Translations under genes and position numbers: made by a program
Shown here: piece after piece, positions 39,117 to 52,890 of the stretch
Layout: every line of letters starts with the position of its first letter
How positions within the stretch are numbered: position 1 is the stretch's first letter
From: the human T2T-CHM13v2.0 reference genome, Homo sapiens
DNA length: 64,000 bases
NCBI RefSeq assembly: GCF_009914755.1
Contig: NC_060928.1
Reading direction: 5' to 3' (one strand)
Notes under the pieces: model-generated
What the model saw: the letters and a program-made list of their open reading frames with translations, nothing else
Database searches by the model: none
Told to the model about the DNA's origin: nothing

Positions 39117-42100
39117 TTTGGCTTTTTACTAATAGCCATTTTGACTGGTGTGAGATGGCATCTCATTGTGGTTTCGCTTTTCATTTCTCTAGTGATCAGT
39201 GGTATTGAATTTTTTTTTCATATGCTTGTTGGCTGCATGTATGTCTTCTTTTAAAAGTGACTGTTCATGTCTGTTGTCTACTTTTTAATGGGGTGTTTGT
39301 TTTTTCTTGTAAATTTAAGTTCCTTATAGATGTTGGATATTAGATCTTTTTCAGATACATAAATTGCAAATCTTTCCCCATTCTGTAGATTATCTGTTTA
39401 CTCTGTTGATAGTTTATTTTAATATGCAGAAACTCTTAAGTTTAATTAGATATTATTTGTGAATTTTTGCTTTTGTTGCAATTGCTTTTGGTGTCTTTGT
39501 CATGAAACCTATGCCCATCCCTAGGTGGTCTTCAAGGGTTTTAATCCATCTTGAGCTGATTTTTGTATATGGTGTAAGGAAGGAGTCCAGCTTCAATCTT
39601 CTGCATATGGCTAGCTAGTTAACCCATCACCATTTATTGAATAGGGAGTCTTTTCTCCATTGCTTGTTTTTTGTTAGTGTTTTTGAAAATCATATGGTCA
39701 TAGGTGTGCAACCTTATTTCTGGGCTCCCTATTCTGTTCCATTGGCCCGTGTGACTGTACTTGTAACAGTACCATGCTGTTTTGGTTACTGTAAGCCTGT
39801 AGTATGGTTTGAATTTGGGTAACGTGCTGACTCCAGCTTTCTTTCTTTTGCTTAGAATTGCATTGGCTATTTGGGTAATTTTTTGGTTCCATATGAATTT
39901 TAAAATAGTTTTTCTAGTTCTGTAAATGTCCGTGGTAGTTTGATAGAAATATCTTTGAATCAGTAAATTGCTTTGGGCAGTATAGCCATTTTAGTGATAT
40001 TGAATCTTCTTATCCATGAGCATAAGATGGTTTTCCATTTATTAGTGTCTTCACTAATTTTTTGTTTTTTAGCAGTGTTTTGTAATTCTCACTGTGGAGA
40101 TCGTTCACCTCCCTGGTTAAATGTATTCCTAGGTATTTTTTTTTCTTTTTCTGGCAATTGTAAATGAGATTGCCTGCTTTATTTGGCTCTTAGCTTAACT
40201 GTAGTTGGTATATTGAAATGCTAGTAATTGTTGTATGTTGATTTTGTATCCTGACACTTTGCTGAAGTTGTTTATCAGCTGATGAAGCTTTTGGGTTGAG
40301 ACTATGGGGTTTTCTAGATATAGAATCATGTTATCTGCAAACAAGTATAGTTTGACTTCCTTGCTTCCTATTTGAATATGCTTTATTTCTTCCTCTTGCC
40401 TGATTGCTCTGGCAAGGACTTCCAATATTACGTTTAATAGCAATGGTGAAAGAGGGCATCTTTGTCTTGAGCGAGTTTTCAAGGGGAATGCTTCCAGCTT
40501 TTGTCCATTCAGTATGATGTTGGTTGTGGGTTTGTCATAGATGGCTCTTAACATCTTGAGGTATATTCCTTCAATGCCTAGTTAATCGAGAGTTTATAAC
40601 ATGAAGGAATGTTGAGTTTTATTGAAGTCCTTTTCTGTATCTATTGAGATAATGTTGTGATTTTTAGTCTTGAGTTCTTTTTATGTGATGAATCACTTTT
40701 ATTGATTTGCATATGTTGAACCAGGTTTGCATCCCAGGGATGAAGCCTATTTGATAATGGTGGATTAGCTTTTTGATGTGCTGCTGGATTTGATTTGCAA
40801 GTATTTTCTTGAGGATTTTTGCATTGATGTTCATCAAGGATATTGCTCTGAAGCTTTCATTTTTGTTCTGTCTTTGTCAGGTTTTGGTATCAGGATGATG
40901 ATGCTGGTCTAATAGAATGAGTTGGGGAGGAATCTCTCCTTTTCAATTTTTTTGAAATAGTTTCTGGAGGGATGGTACCAGCTCTTCTTTGTACATCTAG
41001 TGGAATTCAGCTGTGAAACTATCTGATTCTAGTTTTGTTTTGTTTTTTTTTTCTTTTTGGTTGGTAAGCTGTTTATTACTGATTCAATTTTAGAGTTTAT
41101 TATTGGTATATTCAGGGAGTCAATTTCTTCCTATTTCAATCTTTGGAGGGTGCATGTGTCCAAGAATTTATCCATGTCTTCTAGGCTTTCTAGTTTGTAT
41201 ACATGGAGGTGTTTATAGTAGTTTCTGATGGTTATTTTTATTTCTGTTGGGCCAGTAGTAACATCCCCTTTGTCATTTCTAATTGTGTTTATTTGTATAT
41301 TCTCTTTTTTCTTCTGAATTCACCTAGCTAACAGCCTATTTATTTCATTATTTTTTTCAGAAAAACAACTCCTAGATTTGTTGGCCTTTGGAATAGTTTT
41401 TCATATCTCATTTTTCTTCATTTTAGCTCTGATTTTGGTTATTTCTTGTCTTGTGGTAGCTTTGAGGTTGATTTGTTCTTGCTTCCCTAATTCTTTCACT
41501 TGTAATGTTAGGTTGTTAATTTGAGGTCTTTCTAACTTTTCGATATGGGCACATAGTGCTATGAATTTTCCTCTTAACACTGCCTTAGCTGTGTCCCAAA
41601 AATTCTGGTTTGTTGTATCTTTGTTCTTATTAGTTTCAAAGAACTTATTCATTTCTGCCTTATTGTATTACTTGTCCAAAAGTCATTCAGGAGCAGGTTG
41701 TTGAATTTCCATATAATTGCATGGCTTGGGGTGATTTTCTTATTCTTGACTTTGACTTTCATTATATTGGGGTCCAAGAATGTGTTTTGTGATATTTTTG
41801 TTCTTTTTCATTTGCTGAGGATTGTTTTATGTCAAATTATGTGGTCAATTTCAGAGTATATGCCATGTGGCAATGAGAAGGATGTATATTTTGTTGTTTT
41901 TTGTGTGGAGAGTTCTGATAGAAAGCTGTCATACACATTTGGTCTAATGTTGATTTTAGGTCCTGAATATCTTTGTAATTTTCTGCCTCGATGAACTGTC
42001 TAATACTGTCAATGGGGTGTTGAAGTCCCCCACTATTATTGTATGGGAGTCTGTGTCCCTTTGTAGATTCCTAAGAACTTGCTTTATGAATCTATGTGCT

Positions 42101-42994
42101 CCTCCTGTGTTGAGTACACATATAATTAGGATAGTTAGGGTTCTTATTGAACACTTTACCATTATGTAATGCCCTCTTTGTCTTTTTTGATCTTTGTTTT
42201 AAAGTCTGTTTTGTCTGAAATTAGGATTGCAACCTATGCTTTTTAATATTTTTTTTGTTTTTGTTTTTGTTTTAATTTTGAGCCCATGGGTGTAATTATG
42301 TGTGAGATGGGCCTTGAAGACATCTGGCAAGGTTGTGGAGAAAAGGGAACACTTATACACTGTTGGTGAGAATGTAAATTAGCTCAACCATTGTGGAAAA
42401 CAGTATGGTGATTCCTCAAAGAGCTATGAACAAAACTACCATTTGACCCAGCAATCCCATTACTACGCATTTACCCAGAGAAATATACATCATTCTACCA
42501 CAAACATGCATGTGAATGTTCCTTGTGGCATTATTTACAATAGCAAAGACATGGAATCAACTTAATCCATGGAATTAACATTTATCCAATCAATGTTCTA
42601 TTAGGTAAAGACAATGTGGTACATATATACCATGGATTACCATGCAGCCATAAGAAAGAATAAAATCATGTCTTTTGCAAGAACATGGATGGAGCTGGAG
42701 GCTGCTATCCTTTACCAGCATGGGAACAGAAAACCAAATACCACATATTCTCACTTCTAAGTGGGAGCTAAGTTATAAGAACTCATGAGCACAAAGAAGG
42801 GAACAACAGACACTGGAGTCCACTTGACGGTAGAAGGTTGGAGGAAGGAGAGGAGCAGAAAAAATATATATTGGGTATTAGGCTTCATACCTGGGTGATG
42901 AAATAATCTATACAGTAAACCCCTATAACACAAGTTTACCTGTATAACAAACCTTCACATGTCCCTGCTAGCCTAAAATAAAGGTTATAAAAAG
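39117..42994 (+). mobile_element. 5'-inverted L1 (L1PA13/14 or L1PREC2-like): inverted ORF2 39117-42322 (-), forward 3' end 42324-42994 (+)
   Basis: RT remnant [14 protein letters not shown] (40195-40554) and EN remnant on minus strand; 3' UTR on plus strand; TSD AAAATTTGTT(A/G)TTT 39103-39116 / 42995-43008. Confidence 0.88.
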
Positions 42995-43119
42995 AAAATT
43001 TGTTGTTTAGTGTAGCCACCTTCATCAATTATCTTAGCTAGATCCTCTGGATAACTTCCTTCAACTTTTCATCAGCACTAGAAGCTTACCTTGTATTTTT
43101 ATATTATGGATGTGACATC

Positions 43120-43486
43120 TAATGTGGTTAGGCTTTATGTCCCCATGCAAATCTTATTTTGAATTGTAACCTCCATAATTCCCATAATCACCACATGTCA
43201 AGGGAGAGATAAGGTGGAGGTAATTGAATCATGTGGGCAATGTCCCGCACACTAGTCTCTTGATAGTGAATGAGTTCTCACAAGATCTGATGGTTTTATA
43301 TGGCACTTCTCTTTTCTGCTGCCCTGTGAAGAAGGTGCCTTGCTTCTTCTTTGTTTTCTGCCATGTCTGTAAGTTTCCTGAGGACTCCCCAGCCATGCTG
43401 AACTGTGAGTCAATTAAACTTCTTTTCTTTATAAATTACCCAAACTCAAACAGTTCTTTATAGCAGTATGAAAACAAATTAATACA
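43120..43486 (+). mobile_element. THE1D-like solo LTR inside Tigger1
   Basis: GGTTAGGCTTTATGTCCCC...CTGTGAGTCAATTAAAC...TAATACA; TSD ACATC / ATGTC. Confidence 0.87.
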
Positions 43487-44099
43487 ATGTCTTTCTTTAT
43501 ACCCTGTGAACTAACTTTATTTACTTCCAACTTTTCCTCTGCAGCTTCCTCATCTGTCTCAGTTATCATAGAACTGAAAAGACTTAGGGTCTTACTCTGG
43601 ACTAGGCTTTGGCTGAAGAGAATAAGGATCTATAACAGATATGCTAATAATGAAAAGGTTTGAAGTACTGCAAGAATTACCAAATGTGAGGTACAGAGAT
43701 ATAAATTGAGCACATGCTGTTGGAAAAATTGTGCTGATAAACTTTCAAGATGCAGTCTTGCCACAAACTTTCAATTTGTAAAATACATAATATCTGGGAA
43801 GCACAATAAAGCAAAGTATTATAAATGTAGCTGTCAAGCAAAACTGAATTAGAATTTATAACATGTTTCCTAAATTCATTCCATATATTTAATGTAACTA
43901 GGTAAAGTTATGTTAAATTGTGAGGTATGAGTTTATCAGTAGTGGCATGAAATAATGAACATGTGCATTCATAATTGGACAAAAATACTTACATTTCAAC
44001 AGTATAATCTTATTTTTACAATGAATTTTTAAACAACTTAAAAAGACATGTCAAGAAACCCAGGCAGTATTCACAATTCCTCCCTCCACATGCTCAGTC

Positions 44100-44550
44100 T
44101 ATCTCCTGCTTATCTTATACTCTGAATACTACTATTTTATGCTTAATTTACACAAATCTTTGGGTTCCTTGGTAATCCTTACCTTTGCTATAAATTTTTG
44201 CTCTATAACTTCTGCTAGGAATATTCTCATCTCCTCTTTCCCTCTTTATGCTAAGCCCATTTATCCTAAATTTCCCTTATTTCAGACACTTCTTCTCAAA
44301 TATCATTACTAACCATATATCATTATTAACCCCTACAATACACAATGTATTAAGCCCCCAGAAAACTATGATCACCTATATATTGTGCATTGGAATTGCA
44401 TTTTTTACGTTAGACTTAGAATATATTACACCAGTAGTTTCTAAGTTTCTTTATGTCAAACAACACATCTAGCCTGTTCAACTTTGAAATTCTCAGTACT
44501 TGGTATGGAGCTCAACAAATTTGTATTTGTTGTTTGTTACTTGAACAGCA
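44100..44550 (+). mobile_element. Probable L2 fragment
   Basis: Pyrimidine-rich L2-like body ending CAGTACTTGGTATGGAGCTCAACAAATTTGTATTTGTTG. Confidence 0.4.
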
Positions 44551-46479
44551 GATAAACCATGTAAAATTATGTAATAAACATATATTGTATATGAGATCTC
44601 TTGATTTCAAGAAATGTGTTGGGGATAAAGTATTTATAAGAAAAATCTCACTTAGATCTTACAACTAAGAATGACTGACTAGGTAGGGAGTAATCATGGT
44701 CAATACTCCATTCCTCTTCTAGATAGTTGTCTAGAGGCACTGGTGAATTTGATATATGAATTCAAGTGACCTTTAAATAACTTCAAAAATATAGTCAACA
44801 AAATAAATATTAATAAAGTTACAGTAATCCTTTATAAGTAACTTTACATTTACTGAAATGTAACCAAAGACTGCAAAATGACATTTTAATTTTGCCATCA
44901 AGTATATCATTACTTGTTTACTAAAAGTTGTTTTAAAGATTCTCTTCCTTTCATTTACACTGAGGCACTAGTAAAATCTTGTTACTTTTGTTGAACAAAT
45001 ATGATTATTTGTTTCACCTTTTGACCAAATATTCTAATCTTATCTGAGATTATGATTAATATTAATCAAAATTATGAATCAGCACCCCCTCTCCCCTAAG
45101 TCTGTTTTTCTTAGAAATAGCTGTTGTGCACAAAGGATCAATTTAGAGCCAATAGAAGCTTCCTCCACCTTAGCTGTTTCAGGTGGGCATGGATAAGTTC
45201 TCTGCTTCCTCTCTTTCAGATTTTTTCATGGATCTGCAGATTTCATACCACATACAAATAATGTCTTATTTCAGCCTGTCCAGGTTGATGCTTTTGTTTC
45301 TTTTTACTCCTATTTTTAGTTCTTTCTTTTCATTATAACCCTACAGAGGAGTGACTTACAGACACTGTCTATTGCAACCAAAATTCTCAAAATTTTAAGT
45401 TTGATTTATATGAGTAAAACCTTAGAATATTACAAAGGTAAAATCGTAGTTGTAAAGGTACAATGGTTTGGATGTAAAATTATCATGTGGCACATTTCAC
45501 TTGTAAATAGGTTCAGCATGATCCCCTGCCTCAAATTTAAAAGATAACAAATGTATTGTTGGCATATGTAGACTTTCAGTAAGAATTTATTTTTTAAAAA
45601 AGCTATTTATAAACTTAAAGAGCTTGATGGATAGGAATCTGATCTCATTGTATATGTTTAATACACAGAGGTAGAGAAAATGAAAAGATTCAATTCAGGA
45701 AGCTCAAAGGAGATATATCCAACACATAGAAAAGCAATAGAAGAAAAGAACTGCAAATGGTGTAGAGAGATTCCTGAAAGAAGCTTTGCTCATTGTCACT
45801 TTATACTTTAGGAAAGGCTATCTTGCCTGACTCTTAACAGGCTACCTTACCTCTAAATCCCATGTTGCCATATTAAAGAGCACCTAGTATTACTCCTGGT
45901 CCTAGAGCAAAATCTTGCACTCTGTCACCTAGCTAAGGTTGCTTTATCATCGACTATGCTTTGTGGTAGAGCTTTTGTATTTTTACTCAGTATTGAATTT
46001 TCAGCACCTAGAATCTTGTTTTAACATGTCACTGATTGCAGAGAATAAATAACTAAATAAACAAAGCATCAAGTATTTGTAGTAGGTTAGCAAGAGAAAG
46101 AGCAGGAGAAGCAGTCTAGGAAAAAATAATCCTAACTTGGGGTACCTGTTTCCTAAGGGTAACCTGCTAGTGTCATGAAGGCACCTGGCAAACAGAATAT
46201 ATATACTGTTTTATCCCACTTATACCCTTAAGCTCATCTCCTATTTTGCAACCCAGAGTGTACTTATAAATAAGTTCTCATGGATCTCCCAATTTGTAAA
46301 CTTTGGATTGTTTCTTCAAGTCTACTCTGACCAAAAATATATTTCCCCTCACAAAAATCAGAAAAAGATAAATTTGTTTAGTCTATCACCCCATCCATAT
46401 AATCACAATTACAGATTCAGCCTCTTCTCATCTCAACTGGTATTTGACATCATGCAGTATAACATAGAACATCTTCACT

Positions 46480-46680
46480 AAGTAAAAGCCCTGACTCTGT
46501 AGTTTGGATCTGGCACCAGCATTAACTAGCTGTGCGACTTGCAGGGAGTCAGTAACCTCACTTTACTATTGTCTAGTACTCTGTTTACTCATGCCTAAAA
46601 CAGCGATAATAGTAGTAGCAAAAGTTGTGAGGATTAAATAAATATAAATTAAGGGCCAGTGACTGTAGCATACAAAGAAC
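46480..46680 (+). mobile_element. MIR fragment
   Basis: ACTAGCTGTGCGACTTG...CTCTGTTTACTCATGCCTAAAA...GTTGTGAGGATTAAATAA. Confidence 0.7.
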
Positions 46681-47149
46681 TATAGAGATGATTAAAACAA
46701 TTTATCAAAACAGTGAGAGTGCTTTCAATGACCTATTACCTCATTTCCAACCTGCTGTTTAAAATGCTTGTAATGTGACTTTCTACTACTATCCTAACTT
46801 TTGCCTTGATCTCCTAGATCTTTAGTTTTCAGAAACTTTATTCCTTAAAACATGTGCCACTGTTGACCACTTTCTTGACTCTTTCTCCTTATATCTGTAA
46901 GCATTTGATTCTCCTGGCAGCACTACCTCTCAGCTATTCCTGCCACTTCCTCTCTGTTCTCTTCTAACTTTCACTTTATCCAAATACAGTTTCCCTAAGT
47001 TTCTGTAATTCACCTTCTCCTTGTTTACATATTTTTCTTCCATCCAATTTATGACCTTAAATTTAATATTAAATGTTAAACATATTTAATAACACAAATA
47101 TCATATAGCTATCCTTCAAAAATACTAGAATATTACACACAATACATAA

Positions 47150-48400
47150 GTTGTCTGATAACTTCCCTTAGTCCCAGCTCCTTTTGTTCTCCTCCAAAAG
47201 GCAATACATTTTCTAATCAGTTACATAACTATACAAAACGTATGTTATCTTTATGTTTTATTTGTATATAAATTACCTCAAATTGTACCGTTATTTACCT
47301 TGTTTTACATACAACAAATGATTACAAGGACTACCTATAATGGTAGAATATCTCCTTTTTCCTCATATGTAATGTCCTCTTCTTATCTATATCACATTTT
47401 ATTTAACTCTTTCCTCTTGATAAGCATTTAAGTGATGATTAACATTTCTGTTACAAAATAATTCATGATTAACTTTTTACATTTTTCTTACTAATTTGCA
47501 TGTTATTTTGCTAGGAGATGCAGTAAAATTCAATAATTTTTTTTTGTTAATTTTGAGTTTTACAACTTACTTAGAAAAGCCTTGTCAATTTTGAGATTAA
47601 AAGTGTTGATTCCCCTTATTTTTATTTAGTATAATTAAGCCTTTGATCATTTTGGAATTTTTGTTGTGGTGGTGGTGGTTGTAACAAGTGAAGTAAGGAT
47701 CTAATATTTTACATATGCTTTTTCTACATGGGTATTTAATTGTTTCTTCAATAATTGCTATAATATTCAAAACCTACTTGTAACATACTACATACTCTAT
47801 GAACTGGGCTGTATTTCTGAACTCTTGCTCCTCTCATAATTCTACATTTTCAGAATTTGTTTACCTTTTTATATTCAGTCTTCTATCAGCATGCTATGTG
47901 TATAAACATTCTTGATATTTTCATTGGAATTGTATTACATGTATAAAATGATTTGAATATATCTGGTGTATCTATTCTACACAAACTATGTGTTTCCATT
48001 GTTTGAACTATTGTTGAGTTCCTGAATTTCACCTCAGTGTGTGTGTATGTGTGTGATTTTATATAGCTTGCTCAGTCTTTTAAAATTTCTTTTAGGTAAC
48101 TGTATTTTTCATCATGCTATTGAAAAAGGAGTCTTCTTATTCATTATGTTGAATTACTAATTATTTTATATAGAAATGCTATTGCTTTTTAATTATTTTT
48201 ATTTTAACCCATATATCCTGCTTTTAATAATAGCTTTCAAAATTTTTCTTGAATTTTTCAGATTATCAATTATATCACTATAATCATAAATTTACTTACT
48301 GTTCTTTTTTAAAGCTTTTATTTCTTTCTTTAGCTTCAAAATATGTATTCATATCTCTATTAATTTATACTGAAGGTTTTTGAAATTTATGTCTTACACC
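47150..48400 (-). mobile_element. Highly decayed old L1 (L1ME-like) fragments
   Basis: T-rich ORF2-like motifs such as ATTTTCATTGGAATTGTATTACATGTATA and TATAGAAATGCTATTGCTTTT. Confidence 0.45.
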
Positions 48401-48469
48401 TGAACATTATGAGAATATTTAGTTTTTTGATTAACATCTATCTACATAAAAATAGATATTGACATAGTT

Positions 48470-48856
48470 GTAACAAATATTTTGACTCTATTGCTGATGT
48501 TTTACCGCTAAAAGCATTAAAGCTGAATCACTCCATCTCTTCTTCTGAGCAAGCTGATTTAAAAAAAAATCTGAGCAAATTGATTGAAAAAAAAAAAAAA
48601 AAGAAAAAGCCTGTGCACTGCTGCTCTGGGCACTGGTGAGAAGTCTAATCCACACAAGCCTGGTCCTATACATGAATGTGAAACCTCACCCCTTAACCCA
48701 GTAAATAACCAAGACAGTTAAAGCTAAATTGGGTCTAAAGCCTGACCCCATTAATACAGTGTATTCTTATTGCTCCTGCTCATTCTCTTGTTATTTTTAA
48801 GTCTGCTTAGAAGTCTTCCCAGATCTTCTTGGAAAACCTCACTCTGCTATAAATTT

Positions 48857-48893
<37 letters not shown>

Positions 48894-48963
48894 TCATCTG
48901 TCTTGACATATGAACTACTTTTGAATGAGAAAACCATTCTGCCTCTGCGGTGTGACCACAACA
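48470..48963 (+). mobile_element. Ancient ERV1-class LTR remnant (family uncertain) containing (TG)n at 48859-48892
   Basis: Ends CTGCCTCTGCGGTGTGACCACAACA with an upstream ATAAA, like MER4-group LTR ends; left boundary uncertain. Confidence 0.4.
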
Positions 48964-50759
48964 ATAATTACTGATAATTTATATTGATATCAAGATAGAA
49001 TTAATTATTTCACATTAAAATGTGTGTTTGTTCCTATGCTATTGAGTTATCAATTATTGAATCTTATTAAATTACTTTTTAACATATATTGAGATGATTT
49101 TGTTTTCATTTTAGCCAGATAATATGGTTAATTATATGAATTACACTTACCAGGAATCTAAGGATAGTTTATCACTTGAAAAAAGTTTCATATATTTAGC
49201 CATACTATTAAATTTTTAAAAATTTAAATCACCAATTACTTTTAATATGATTCTGGATTGTATAGTTTTCTCTGGATAAACTTATAAATTACTCAAGATC
49301 TCTCAAACAAAAGACAAAAATATTTTTTCTCTTTAAATACTTATATGCATATATTAAGTTTTAAATCTACTAAACTACATAAGTAAATTTAAAATCATTT
49401 TTAAAGGCACTTAGACTGTAATTTATTATGAGTATAATATTTATATTTATCGCAATTACTGATTTGTTTAAAGTCACTTGTAACATAGCATTTTGTGATC
49501 TATAGACACCTTGCTTTCCCTTTATTTCTTTATTCCTCATGTCCTGAATTTTTTGGATGTATGTTGCATTTTAAAATTTGTGTTTTTTTCTTTTCATTAT
49601 TTGAAATTGTTACACGAAGCTTCTGTGATTTATATTCTTCAGATTTTTAGCATATGTGATTTAGGTTATATTTTCCTGATAATGTATAGTGTCATTTAGT
49701 GTCTATAAATTTTATATTCATTTCTTCAAAAATGTCTTTACTCCCAGTATTTATTTATAAAATTCTATCTACCAACTAGGTAACTCCAATAAGGAATTCT
49801 GACAACACACAAACACATTATGACCATTATAGGTTTACTCATGACCTCTCTTAAATAAGCCTAGGTACAGTTGTTTCTAGGAATCAAATGTATAAACCTT
49901 TAGTTTTTCTCTTCTAAATACACACAAATTTTACTTTTTCCTCAGTTATTTTTTCTTATTATTTCTGTTTTCCACTTGTTAACCAATACTATTCTAACAT
50001 TTCAACCAGAATATTTCAAAACCCTAAAACACTTGTTAACTTAAAATATTTCACATTCCTTTGACAGTTGCTATAGTCCTAGTTACTGTCCCACAGTTTT
50101 AGAAAATGTCTTCAAATTGCTGACATAAAGTTGTATCACTTGTTTGAGATGTTTTAAATTCTTTTAGGAGTTTATTTAGAGAGTATTATGTAAATCCTAT
50201 ATCTTCTGTTCAAGGATCTCTAATCATTTTCTATAGCAGTTAAAATATATTCCAAATTTATGTTTATAAATTTGCAATTATCTGCCCTTCTAAATTTGTA
50301 AGAGTGACAAAATACATTTAAAATAATTAGTGAATAAAAATAATCTCAGATAGAAACTTGTCATAGTAAGTAAATTAAACAGTGTCATGAATAGACACTC
50401 ATTGAATGTAATGGGTTATCTAGAATGATTATATTAAATTAGTGATTTAGTAGATGGCAGGTATTTTATGGTTGTTTGGAAAAGATAACACTTGTGAGGA
50501 AACGATTTTATATCTGAGAAGAGCCAGGAATTTAAAGTTTTACAAACAGGTTACACCAAGTGAAAGGAAGAAAGAAGTTCAAAGACATGTTAGAAACAAG
50601 TTTAGTCAGTACAAAGGATAGAAAAAAGACTAGTTCAATAGTATGGGATGAATTCAACATCCAACTGTAAAGATGTGACAATGACGATTAGTATATGAAT
50701 AATATTGAATACCAGAAAATAATTAAAAAGAATCACAAATATTATATTCCCTGGCATCG

Positions 50760-51163
50760 TGTATTAGTCCTCTCAGGCTGCCGTAAGAAAATACCACAGA
50801 CTGGGTAGATTAAGCAAAATAAATTCATTTTCTCACAGTTCTGGATGCTGGAATTCCAAGATCATGATGCCAGCAGAGTTGGTTTCTGGTGAGGCTTCTC
50901 TCCTTGGCTTACAGATAGCAACTTCTTTCTGTGTTCTTGAGTGGTGTTTCTCTGTGTGCACACACACACACAGAAAGATATTTGGTGCTTCTTCCTCTTT
51001 TTATAAAGACACCGGTCCTGTTGGTTAGGGCTCCACCCTTATAACATTCTTTAAGCTTAATAACCTACTTAAAAGCCCTATCTCCAAATACACTGGAAGT
51101 TAGGGCTTCAACAAATGGATTAAATATGGGGGTTTGTGAGGAACACAATTCAGTCCATGATAC
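50760..51163 (-). mobile_element. MLT1A-like MaLR solo LTR
   Basis: TGTATTAGTCCTCTCAGGCTGCC...TCTCACAGTTCTGG...CCCTATCTCCAAATACA...CACAATTCAGTCCAT. Confidence 0.85.
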
Positions 51164-51775
51164 ATAGAGACAGTCATTGCTCTTTGATTTGTTGTATTTC
51201 CTTTCAATAGAGTCAAGCATCTATAAATCTATTAATCTATAAGAAAAATTAATAAGCTGAACCTGGCTCTTTTGTAGAGAATATAGAGAGAGTGATGAGA
51301 AGCACAGCAATTTAAAGAGAGGGTGTTCAAACTGAAGGGGGAGCTGTCACTCAATTATTGTGGATTATTGCCATAGAGGGAAAGTTCAGTGTTTACCCTA
51401 TATCCAGTTCTTGGGAGATGTTGTGGCATAATTTTAAAGTATACACACATAATTATATATGCATGCTTTTCTTTTAGAACTGTTATAATACAACTGGTAG
51501 GCAGTATGTGTTTTCAGCCTACAGCTGTATCTTATTAGACCAAGAGTACTTCTCTACTATTGTTTATATTTAGAACTGAGTTTTATTGTTCCTAGACTGT
51601 GTCATTAGAAATGGCTAGGTGAGATCTGTTCTTCTAGTGGACATGTATGACTTTTGCCACCCTTATATATTGTCCTTATTCTGATAAAAGTATTTAGAAT
51701 ATTCCAGATTTTTTAAACTGGCATTGGTATTTACAGTATGAGTTATAATTCAATTAATAATTGAAACAAAAGAAG

Positions 51776-52142
51776 TGTATGAGCATTTCCATACTGCTGT
51801 AAAGAACTCCCTGAGACTGGGTAATTTATAAACAAAAGAGGTTTAACTGACTTACACTTCCACATGGCTGAGGAGGTCTCAGGAAACTTACAATCATCCC
51901 AGAAGGCGAATGGGAAGCAAGGCATATCTTATGTGGTGGAATGAGAGAAAGAGAGAGAGATGGGGAACTGCCAAACACTTTTAAACCATCAGAACTCATG
52001 AGAACTCACTCACTGTCATGAGAACAGCATGGGGAAAACTGTCCCCATGGTCCAATCACCTCCTACCAGGTCCCTCCCTGGACATGTGGGGATTATAATT
52101 CAAGATGAGATTTGGATCAGGACACAGAGCCAAATCATATCA
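51776..52142 (-). mobile_element. THE1D/MSTA-like MaLR solo LTR
   Basis: GAGACTGGGTAATTTATAAA...CCAAATCATATCA; perfect TSD AGAAG. Confidence 0.9.
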
Positions 52143-52216
52143 AGAAGTAATGCAGAGGTAAACCAACAAGTCATTTTACAGTTGAAGTTTTTTAAGTTTG
52201 TTTTCTGTTCCATAGT

Positions 52217-52239
52217 CTGTCTTTCTCTTCTCTTTTTTT

Positions 52240-52275
<36 letters not shown>

Positions 52276-52416
52276 TTCTTTCTTTCTTTCTTTTCTTTCT
52301 TTCCTTTCTTTCTTTTTCTTTCTTTCTTTCCTTCTTTCCTTCTTTCCTTCCTTCCTTCCTTCCTTCCTTCCTTCCTTCCTTCCTTCCTTCTTTCCTTCCT
52401 TCTTTCTTTCTTTTTT
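52217..52416. repeat. (TTTC)n/(TTCC)n polypyrimidine microsatellite
   Basis: Read directly. Confidence 0.95.
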
Positions 52417-52779
52417 CTGGTTTTACATTTCAGATATTTCAGGGAACACTGGCAGTGAACATGTGATTTAGTTAACATGTAAGTAAGAACATTTATTCAC
52501 TGGCCATAATTATTTGTTCAGAGATAGTATGCATGTATTACCTGATTCATGTGATGAATTTCAATCGTAGGATTTTATTTAATTGTCTAGGAAGGAAATG
52601 TATGATTTTTAACTCTCAGGAAAATAAAATCTAAGTCAGAGAACAGGCATCAGGTTGAGAACCTCCCTGAGAGTAATGTCAACATAAAGGAAAGCAAAAA
52701 CTAAAATGAGTCAGAGCAAGAGACAGACAGAGAAAGAGAAATTCTTAATCTCCTAATGCCATGGTATTAGGCATCACTA

Positions 52780-52890
52780 TACTTTACATAAGACAATAAT
52801 CAATACTTTAGATAAGACATATACTTTACATAGACATACACTTTACATAGACATATACTTTACAAGACAATACTTTACATGAGACATAAT
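52780..52890. repeat. Short minisatellite, ~6 copies of TACTTTACAT(A)AGACA, in a probable old MLT1 remnant
   Basis: Units at about 52780, 52804, 52822, 52839, 52856, 52871. Confidence 0.85.

Larger units (their letters stand above)
37901..43833 (-). mobile_element. Tigger1 DNA transposon (decayed transposase), in three pieces: 37901-39116, 42995-43119, 43487-43833
   Basis: Long match to recalled Tigger1 consensus; transposase remnant ORF 38361-38558; internal deletion near 43625; one terminus missing. Confidence 0.88.

Noticed and set aside
52029-52478. 145-aa and 100-aa ORFs
   Set aside because: Translation of a (TTTC)/(TTCC) microsatellite plus LTR sequence
52780-52890. CRISPR-like array
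   Set aside because: Eukaryotic context, no unique spacers of uniform length and no cas genes; it is a simple minisatellite
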